Of a DNA stretch of 51,497 bases, positions 44,441-51,497 are shown piece by piece (position 1 is the first letter of the stretch; each line of letters begins with the position of its first letter). This DNA is from an uncultured bacterium. GTDB lineage: Bacteria; Planctomycetota; Phycisphaerae; SM23-33; FEN-1343. The notes under the pieces are model-generated. The model worked only from the letters and a program-made list of their open reading frames with translations. It was not told the DNA's origin and searched no databases. The stretch lies in assembly GCA_965372365.1 (NCBI GenBank), contig CBDVCA010000004.1:1-51497 (forward strand). Direction: 5' to 3'. The translations under genes and the position numbers were made by a program.

Positions 44441-45838
44441 TTACTTGCCGATGCAGAAACGAGCGAAGATTTGGTGGAGTACTTCTTCGGTGATGGCGTC
44501 GCCGGAGACGGTTCCCAACTCGGTCAGCCCGTCGCGAAGTTCGATGGCGAGGAACTCGGCCTCGTTGGACACCTGGGCTATTTGGCCGGCTCGCCGGGAG
44601 GCCGCGAGCAGGATGTCGCCGGCCCTTTCCACCGCCTGTCGCTGCCGGTCGTGCATGGCCACCCCTGACGCCGTACGCGTCGCCCCCACGGCGAGCATGT
44701 CGCCCAGACGGCCGATCACCTCCTCGGTCCCGGCGCCGGTGGTCGCCGAGGTGGCCACGACGGGCAGACCGGTGCGATCGGCCAGAGCCGTCGTTTGGCG
44801 TTGCGCCGACTCGGGGTCCAGAAGATCGGTCTTGTTGGCCAGGATCAGCGTGGGCTGCCCGCGGCCCATCGCGACGATCCGGTCAAGATGCGTCGTATCG
44901 GGGGCTGTGATGTCGACTACGGCGACAACGCCGTCAGCCGCGGCCAACGCGTTGCCGGCGGCGTCATTGGCCGCCGCGGCCGGCAAGTCATCGGTATCGG
45001 CCCACCCGGCCAGATCCATCAGCAGGATCTCGCGGTCGCCGTCGAGCGTCAACGGGGCGGTAAGCACGTCCCGGGTCGCGCCTGCGGTGGCCGAAACAAT
45101 CGCCCGATCGAGCCCGGTCAAGGCGTTCAGCAGGCTGCTCTTGCCGACGTTGGGCGCTCCGGTTATGGCGATACGCGGGATATCGACCGTCGCCGGGGGG
45201 CGCCCGGCGGTCGCCGCGGCCTCGGCCATGTCAGCGGCCAGCGCCGCCAATTGGCCGGCCAGAACGCCGGGGGCGATCAGGTCGAGGTCCTCCTCGGCCA
45301 TGTCGATACTCGCCTCCACCTCGGCGAGGGCCTCGGTGGCCGCGTCGGTCCAGCGAAGGCACAGGCTCGCCAGGGCCCCGGCGGCGTTGGCTTCTGCGGC
45401 GCGCAACTGGGCGTCGGTCGCGGCGGCGATAATGTCGGCGACCGCCTCGGCGGCCGACAGGTCGATTCGCCCGCTCAGAAACGCTCGCTGGGTGAATTCC
45501 CCCGGTTCGGCGGCCCGGCCCCCGGCGGCGATCATCGCATCGGCCAGCATCGCCGCGGCCAACGGGTGGCCGGGGGTGTGCAGTTCCACCACATCCTGAC
45601 GCGTGTAACTCAATGGTGCGACAAAGACATAGGCTCGCCCCGGCAGCGACAGGCCCCCGAAGCCGATCCATCCGGCGACCGTCCGAAAGCCCCCCAGCTC
45701 GGCAAGGGGCTTTCCTATACTGGTGAAGACGCTTTCGGCCAAATCCAGCGCCCGAGGGCCGCTGGCGCGGACGATGGCCCTCGCGGCGGCGCCGACGGGG
45801 GTGGAAATCGCGACGATTGTGGAGTTCATGTCCTGCAT
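44441..45838 (-). CDS. mnmE: tRNA modification GTPase MnmE
   Basis: TIVAISTP, SYT.QDVVE, AEPGEFTQRAF, GAPNVGKSSLLN, TRD, NKTD, IFARFCIGK. Confidence 0.95.
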   Translation of the reverse strand: MQDMNSTIVAISTPVGAAARAIVRASGPRALDLAESVFTSIGKPLAELGGFRTVAGWIGFGGLSLPGRAYVFVAPLSYTRQDVVELHTPGHPLAAAMLADAMIAAGGRAAEPGEFTQRAFLSGRIDLSAAEAVADIIAAATDAQLRAAEANAAGALASLCLRWTDAATEALAEVEASIDMAEEDLDLIAPGVLAGQLAALAADMAEAAATAGRPPATVDIPRIAITGAPNVGKSSLLNALTGLDRAIVSATAGATRDVLTAPLTLDGDREILLMDLAGWADTDDLPAAAANDAAGNALAAADGVVAVVDITAPDTTHLDRIVAMGRGQPTLILANKTDLLDPESAQRQTTALADRTGLPVVATSATTGAGTEEVIGRLGDMLAVGATRTASGVAMHDRQRQAVERAGDILLAASRRAGQIAQVSNEAEFLAIELRDGLTELGTVSGDAITEEVLHQIFARFCIGK

Positions 45839-45915
45839 CGGGTCTTGTGGTCTGTTCGAGCAGTATGGCTCGAACGAAGTACCAGCGCCCAATGTCCGGC
45901 CCCGGGCGGTCCGTG

Positions 45916-46800
45916 TCAAGGGCGGCGCTTGGGGACTCGTTTGCGGCCGGCGGTAAGGAGGCCTCGGAGAACCTCCAGATTCACCTCGTCCCACGGCCGG
46001 CCGTCGGGGGCGGCGGCCTTGGGCGTTTCGAGGATCTTGGGGATCGACCTGATGAGACGGTCGTTCACGATCGCGGCAAACGCCGCCAGCGGAATGTGCC
46101 CGCGGCCGATGTGCTCGTGGCGGTCGACGCGGCTGCCCCGAGGGGTCTTCGAGTCGTTCAGGTGCATGACGCAAATACGGTCGGCGCCGATGATCGCCCG
46201 GCATTGGTCGAGGGTCGCTTTGGCCCCGGCGGCGCCGGTCAGATCGTACCCTGCCGCGAGCATGTGGGCGGTGTCGAGGCAGACGCCCAACCGTTCGGGG
46301 ACGGCCACGTCGTCGAGGATGTCCCGCAGGTGTTCCAGCCGACAGCCCAGGCCCGTACCCTGCCCTGCGGTGGTCTCCAGGCACAAGGTCGCCTTGCATC
46401 CTTGGGCATCGCCAACGGCCCGATTAATCGCACTGACGACACGCTTGAGCCCTTTGCGTTCGCCGGCGCCCATGTGCGAGCCGGGATGCAGTACGATCAG
46501 GGGGATATCGAGAGCCTCGCACCGTTCGATTTCCGCTCGCAGGGACGCGATGGATTTTCGCCGGAGGCGGGGGTCCGGGCCGGCCAGGTTCACCAGGTAG
46601 CCGCCGTGGCTGACCACCGACTGCAGCTTCGCCTTACGCCTGCTGCGGCGCCACGCGTCCAGATCCTCCGGCGTCAGGTCTCGGTTGGCCCATCGACGCT
46701 GGTTCTGCGTGAAGATCTGGACGCAGTCGATCCCGAGGCCCGCAGCTTGGTCCAGAGCGTTGTGCAGACCGCCGGCGATGGACAGATGGCTCCCGAACAT
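45916..46800 (-). CDS. nfo: Endonuclease IV
   Basis: GSHLSIAGG, QIF, H..YL.NL, HPG, LETTAGQG, CLDTAH, HLNDSK, DRHE, ILETP. Confidence 0.95.
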   Translation of the reverse strand: MFGSHLSIAGGLHNALDQAAGLGIDCVQIFTQNQRRWANRDLTPEDLDAWRRSRRKAKLQSVVSHGGYLVNLAGPDPRLRRKSIASLRAEIERCEALDIPLIVLHPGSHMGAGERKGLKRVVSAINRAVGDAQGCKATLCLETTAGQGTGLGCRLEHLRDILDDVAVPERLGVCLDTAHMLAAGYDLTGAAGAKATLDQCRAIIGADRICVMHLNDSKTPRGSRVDRHEHIGRGHIPLAAFAAIVNDRLIRSIPKILETPKAAAPDGRPWDEVNLEVLRGLLTAGRKRVPKRRP

Positions 46801-47207
46801 ACAGGCACGATACGGGCCTTCGCCGTTGGAGGCAAGTAGGGGGCTTGGCTTAGATTCCTCCCCCCCAATCGCTACGAAAACGTCGCTGCCACATCTTTTT
46901 TGTCACTGGCGACGGGGCTCATGCACGCGGCCTCAAGCGACTCGACGAGGGGATCGTCACGCAAAAGCGGCCGTCCGGGAAGGCTTGTAACCTGTGGTTG
47001 TGTATGTAGTACAGACGTCATAACCGTCACAGACCGACCCTGTCGCCCCGGTGGTGTTCGCGGCTTGCCGTTGATCCGTCCGAGGGTTGATGCTGCGGAA
47101 AATATGCAATTTTCACTTGCAAAACACACCACATTTGGCCGAATTACTGTACTAAATCGTCCCGTTCTATGGACTTTGCTCGGGACCATGATTGGGAGAT
47201 CCTGTCT

Positions 47208-47390
47208 ATGCCAGGTACAGTACTCGGAATCGAAGACAAGTGGGTCTGGTTGGCCTACCTCTTGTGTATCGCCAGCGCCCTGCTGTGTGTTGTGTACGGG
47301 GCGGTGAACTGGAACAGAGGTGACGAGCCAGTCCGGGAAGAAGACGTGAAATGGGCCGCTGAGGAGAAGAAGGTCGAGCAAGATCTCTAG
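47208..47390 (+). CDS. Symporter small accessory membrane protein
   Basis: LGI.D..V..AYLLC..SALLCVVYG..NWN, directly upstream of the SSS gene. Confidence 0.8.
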   Translation: MPGTVLGIEDKWVWLAYLLCIASALLCVVYGAVNWNRGDEPVREEDVKWAAEEKKVEQDL

Positions 47391-47486
47391 GTAGCCCGGA
47401 GTTAGCCCGGGGTTCGGGGTTTTTGGGACCGCGTCGGCTTCGCTGTCACTTCTCGCCAGATCGATCGTAGTTCGGAGACCATCATT

Positions 47487-49487
47487 ATGGTATTGGCACA
47501 AACGCTCGGGGCCGTAGAAATCATCGTCGTCGTGGCTTACCTGTTGGTTGTGGGATATCTCGGATGGCTCGGCTTCAGCCGGACCAAGACGGCTACCGAC
47601 TATCTCGTGGCCGGTCGAGGCGTTCATCCATTTGTCATGGCGCTCAGCTATGGCGCCACGTTCATCTCCACCAGCGCGATCGTCGGCTTCGGCGGCGTCG
47701 CCGGCATGTTCGGGATGAGCCTGCTGTGGCTGACGTTCCTGAACATCTTTGTGGGCATCTTCATCGCCTTCGTCTTTCTCGGCGGCCCCACCCGTAAGAT
47801 GGGTCACCGTCTGGACGCCCACACCTTCCCGGAACTGCTTGGCCGTCGGTTCAATAGCAAGTTCATCCAGGTGTTCGCCGGATTGTTGATCTTCGTGTTC
47901 ATTCCGTTGTACGCCGCGGCTGTGTTGATCGGCGGCTGCGAGTTCATCGAAGCGAAGTTCGGCGTCGACTACAATATCGCCGTGCTGGTGTTCAGCGTGA
48001 TCATCGCCTCCTACGTGGTCATCGGCGGCCTCAAGGGCGTGATGTACACCGATGCGCTGCAGGGCTCGCTGATGTTCATCGGCATGATCGCCCTGCTGAT
48101 CGGAACCTACAGCATGCTCGGCGGCGTCACCGCGGCCCACGAAGGCCTGACCGAGATGGGCAAGAACCCCAGCCTGTTCGGCAAAATCGGCTTCCAAGGA
48201 TGGACGGCCATGCCCAAGTTCGGCTGGGGCGTGGCGGAGACCGCCAAAGGTTCCGAGCCCGAGATGTACAAGCTCTGGTGGATCGTTATCAGCACGATCA
48301 CCCTCGGCGTCGGCATCGGCGTGCTGGCCCAGCCCCAGTTGGCGGTTCGCTTCATGACCGTCAAGAGCAAGAAGGAACTGAACCGGGCGGTGCTGATCGG
48401 CGGCGTGTTCATCCTCATCATGACCGGCGTGGCCTTCACGGTCGGGGCGCTGAGCAACTTGTACTTCATGGAGAAGGAAGAGGTCACCGGGACGATCGTC
48501 AAGACGACCGATCCGGCGTGGGTCATCGCCAAGAACGAACGTGACCTGGTGAAGAAACTTCCGGCCCGCCTGTGGCACATCGATACCACCGGCGATGGCG
48601 AAGCGGATGTCGATATCGTCGCCAATGGATATAATTTCATTGTCGGAAAGGGCTTGGCGACGCCAAAGGTTCTGCCGCTCGGCGACAAGACCAAGCCTGG
48701 CGAAGGGCAAATGCTCATCCCGGCCTCGATCCTGCTTCCCATGGCCGAGAAGGTGGCCGACTTCGATGACGGTCGCGTGACCGTCAAACCGAAGGCCAAT
48801 TCATACATGCGGGCGCTGATCACAAACAAGAAGGGCGATTGGGAATTCAACACCGACTCGATCATCCCGACCTTCATCACCCGGGCCATGCCCGGTTGGT
48901 TCGGCCTGGTGTTCCTGCTGGCCCTGCTGGCCGCGGCCATGAGTACGCTATCGAGCCAGTTTCACGCGTTGGGAACCAGTATCGGTCGCGATGTGTACGA
49001 GCAGATAACCGGCTCTCGAGGTGGCAGCGTTCTGATCACCCGGATCGGAATCATCGTCGGAATCATCATCGCCGTGCTGTTCAGTCTCAACGCTCGCGGC
49101 GGGTATTTCATCGCCCGTGCGACGGCGATCTTCTTCGGGCTATGTGCGTCGGCGTTCCTGCCGACCTTCCTCGGGGGGCTGTTCTGCAAGGGCGTGACCC
49201 GCGCCGCGGCCAAGGCCTCGATGGTTACGGGGTTCGTCGTAACGGCCTTCTGGCTGCTGTTCATCAAAGACAAAGAAGCCCGGGCGTTGGGCGTCTGCAA
49301 AGCCCTGTTCGACAAGCATTCGCTGCTTGTGGACGCCAAGGCGGTTCCGACGTCGGGCGACTGGTACGTCGTTGATCCCATCGTCGTGGCGTTGCCGCTG
49401 AGCTTGGCGGTTCTGATCGTTGTCAGCTTGATCACGAAGGCTCCCGAACAGGAGCATCTGGACAAGTGCTTCGCGTCAAAGCAGTAG
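47487..49487 (+). CDS. Sodium:solute symporter family protein
   Basis: DYLVAGR, SYGATFIS, GG.KGV..TD..QG, PQ..VRF, AAAMSTLSS; many TM helices. Confidence 0.93.
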   Translation: MVLAQTLGAVEIIVVVAYLLVVGYLGWLGFSRTKTATDYLVAGRGVHPFVMALSYGATFISTSAIVGFGGVAGMFGMSLLWLTFLNIFVGIFIAFVFLGGPTRKMGHRLDAHTFPELLGRRFNSKFIQVFAGLLIFVFIPLYAAAVLIGGCEFIEAKFGVDYNIAVLVFSVIIASYVVIGGLKGVMYTDALQGSLMFIGMIALLIGTYSMLGGVTAAHEGLTEMGKNPSLFGKIGFQGWTAMPKFGWGVAETAKGSEPEMYKLWWIVISTITLGVGIGVLAQPQLAVRFMTVKSKKELNRAVLIGGVFILIMTGVAFTVGALSNLYFMEKEEVTGTIVKTTDPAWVIAKNERDLVKKLPARLWHIDTTGDGEADVDIVANGYNFIVGKGLATPKVLPLGDKTKPGEGQMLIPASILLPMAEKVADFDDGRVTVKPKANSYMRALITNKKGDWEFNTDSIIPTFITRAMPGWFGLVFLLALLAAAMSTLSSQFHALGTSIGRDVYEQITGSRGGSVLITRIGIIVGIIIAVLFSLNARGGYFIARATAIFFGLCASAFLPTFLGGLFCKGVTRAAAKASMVTGFVVTAFWLLFIKDKEARALGVCKALFDKHSLLVDAKAVPTSGDWYVVDPIVVALPLSLAVLIVVSLITKAPEQEHLDKCFASKQ

Positions 49488-49625
49488 AGGTCTTGCACCC
49501 TGAATTGGGTTTTACATAAATCTCTGAAGTGTTTGGATCGGTCTAGCCGATGCACTTGGTGACAATAACTTGGAAGATCTCAGGTTGGCTCTGAGAGTTT
49601 GAGCGACGGATGAAGGAGTAATCGA

Positions 49626-51068
49626 ATGAACAAATGGACTTGGACATTGGTTTTGGCGGCGGGTGCTATGACGCTGGGCTTGGTTGGGGCTTCCCAGGCG
49701 ACAGCTCAGGCCCCCCATGAGACCGAAGCGACACCGACGGAATTCTGCGGCATCTGTAACGCCAAGGAGTCGGTGCATGACGTCGTTGGCGAGTGGTTCA
49801 GCTTCACGCTCGATCAGCGTTTGCGGGTCACGTATGGCGGCAACACCAACCTGGACCGGCACGCGGTAGCCAAGGGCGATCGGCCCAACAGCGAGAAGTT
49901 GTTCCAGCGTTATCGCACGCGTTTGGGTGTGAAGATCAAGCCGGTCGAGAGCGTCGAGATCGGCGCCCGCCTGGTCTGGGAGTGGTTCGTCTTCTGCCAG
50001 CCGAATCACGCCGAATCGACCCCCAGTTCGGATGTGCCGTTCGACGAGTTGTACGTGAAGCTGACGAACATCGGCGACATCCCGCTGTCGGCCACCATCG
50101 GTCGTCAGAACATGCGGCTCGGCAATGGCTGGCTCGTCTTCGAAGGGACGCCCCTGGACGGCTCGCGGACGATCTACTTCGACGCCATCCGCGTGGCCTA
50201 CGACCTCGCCGACTACGACACGAAGCTCGAGGCCGTTCTGGTGGCCAACGGCGCCGCTCGCGACCAGTACCTCAAGCCGCTCAACGGCTCGGCTACCGAC
50301 GATAAACTGCTCGACAACAACGACGAGTCGGGCGTTATTCTGTATGCGACCAACACGTCGCGTGAGAACACGACGCTCGAAGGGTACTTCATCTATGCCC
50401 ATCGTGAAGAGCCGATGACCAGTAACAACACCGGCGACCTGTACACCTTCGGCAGCCGCATGGCTGGGGACCTCAGCGACAACATGAAGTACAACGCCGA
50501 AGGCGCCTTTCAGTTCGGCAAGAAAGAGCGCGAGGACGGCACCGATGCGAATATCTGCCCGCAGTTCGGCATGTCGACCGAGTTGAGCTACCTGCTGAAA
50601 GATTCGCTCGACACCACCGTCCACGCCGGGTATGAGTATCGCTCAGGCGACAAGGATCCCGAGCAGGGCTTCGACATTCTCTGGGGTCGCTACCCGTCGT
50701 TCAGTAACATTCTCCAAGGCGGCACCGACTCCCTCGAAGGCCCCAAGGGCGCGATGACCAACTTCCACCGCTTCAACCTGGGCGTCGACCTGAAGCCTTG
50801 GGACGCCTCGGTTGTCCTGTTGGATTGGCACATTCTGTTCGCCGATAACAACAACCAGCCTCTGGTGGATGACGATGGCAATGGCACGGGCTTCAGCGAC
50901 GACGGCTGCCTTCGCGGCAACCTGTTCACCGCTCAGTGGAAGGTCACCCACAACAAGCACATGGCCAGCACGGTCACCGGCGAAGTGTTCCTGCCGGGCG
51001 ACTACTACACCAAGGACCGTAACGATGTCGCCACCTACGCTCGCTACGAAATGATGCTGACCTGGTAA
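49626..51068 (+). CDS. Outer-membrane beta-barrel, alginate export family-like
   Basis: Signal peptide, R.R.R.G, ELY, GRQ…G.G..V, FD, E.A.QFG, SGD; C-terminal aromatic. Confidence 0.78.
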   Translation: MNKWTWTLVLAAGAMTLGLVGASQATAQAPHETEATPTEFCGICNAKESVHDVVGEWFSFTLDQRLRVTYGGNTNLDRHAVAKGDRPNSEKLFQRYRTRLGVKIKPVESVEIGARLVWEWFVFCQPNHAESTPSSDVPFDELYVKLTNIGDIPLSATIGRQNMRLGNGWLVFEGTPLDGSRTIYFDAIRVAYDLADYDTKLEAVLVANGAARDQYLKPLNGSATDDKLLDNNDESGVILYATNTSRENTTLEGYFIYAHREEPMTSNNTGDLYTFGSRMAGDLSDNMKYNAEGAFQFGKKEREDGTDANICPQFGMSTELSYLLKDSLDTTVHAGYEYRSGDKDPEQGFDILWGRYPSFSNILQGGTDSLEGPKGAMTNFHRFNLGVDLKPWDASVVLLDWHILFADNNNQPLVDDDGNGTGFSDDGCLRGNLFTAQWKVTHNKHMASTVTGEVFLPGDYYTKDRNDVATYARYEMMLTW

Positions 51069-51083
51069 CCACGTTGTGACTTC

Positions 51084-51118
51084 AAGGCGGGCCGTCCATT
51101 GGACGGCCCGCCTTTTTT
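51084..51118 (+). terminator. Rho-independent terminator
   Basis: AAGGCGGGCCGTCCA-T-TGGACGGCCCGCCTT followed by a T run. Confidence 0.85.
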
Positions 51119-51131
51119 GGGTCATGGGTCT

Positions 51132-51285
51132 GCCGTTACTAGCCCCCTGCAGTGCAGGGGGTCGCTGGACCGATGGCGTTCCCGTGGTAGCTTCGATGTC
51201 GATTGTCCCGAAGCGGCAGTTGGATCCATGGATCGTGGGTTCATACGCCTTTCGACCCCCCGCACTGCGGGGGGCTAGTAACGGC
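51132..51285. mobile_element. REPIN/MITE-like element (CTAG-flanked)
   Basis: GCCGTTA-CTAG…CTAG-TAACGGC with palindromic ends; homologous to 38922-39068. Confidence 0.85.
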
Positions 51286-51344
51286 AAGCACGCATCCGAC
51301 CCACTCCCCGCTGATCCGACATAAGCCTTTTCTTTCAGCCGGCC

Positions 51345-51481
51345 AGCCCCGTTAGGGGCGAAAGACTTGTAGCTCGGTCCGTAAGGGCCGGGAATCGTAA
51401 TGTACCCCCCCCCCGATACAAGCCCCGATAGGGGCGACACACAGACCGTATGGCCACGGGGTGTCGCCCCTATCGGGGCTT
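51345..51481. repeat. Second REP family (AGCCCCG.TAGGGGCGA) in inverted arrangement
   Basis: AGCCCCGTTAGGGGCGA (51345), AGCCCCGATAGGGGCGACAC (51421) and its reverse complement (51461-51480). Confidence 0.75.
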
Positions 51482-51497
51482 GGGGCGTTAGGGGGCG

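Noticed and set aside
36672-46399. Apparent N-terminal fusions on gpsA (638 aa) and mnmE (652 aa) in the ORF track
   Set aside because: The extensions overlap mtnA and nfo; true starts are at 37688 and about 45838
3194-50624. Many long antisense or alternate-frame ORFs (e.g. 3194-4639, 8011-9555, 26075-27406, 29626-31215, 44795-46600, 46872-48710)
   Set aside because: Shadow ORFs expected in high-GC DNA opposite well-supported genes; no motifs

Overview
GC-rich bacterial DNA, probably Planctomycetota (a LEPR-XLL 'planctomycete extracellular' motif is present). Bases ~400-23530 form a co-oriented tailed-phage morphogenesis cluster: Zn-ribbon and sigma70-region-4 regulator, ParB-like protein, ABC-ATPase-GNAT fusion, TerS, TerL, portal, scaffold, HK97-fold capsid, beta-helix spike, neck and tail genes, tail-collar protein, holin-like and spanin-like genes. 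No integrase, replication gene, endolysin or long tape measure was recognised in the window. Most insertions into the cluster (a HEPN two-gene module, MITE/REPIN repeats) fall between intact genes, so it may be a domesticated, GTA-like element. The most unusual signal is a distal gene (20488-20997) carrying a copy of the scaffold's C-terminal capsid-binding motif and sharing a coiled coil with a neighbouring HTH protein. The rest is mostly host DNA: lepA, prfB with its +1 frameshift, gpsA, mtnA, hpt, a YbaK-family gene, mnmE, nfo, a Na+/solute symporter locus and an alginate-export-type barrel. It also holds a toxin-antitoxin-chaperone (TAC) operon, a LEPR-XLL serpin, a separate phage immunity/xis remnant, nested CTAG-targeting repeats and several apparently leaderless genes. 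All assignments come from motif reading and gene order only; no database search was run.
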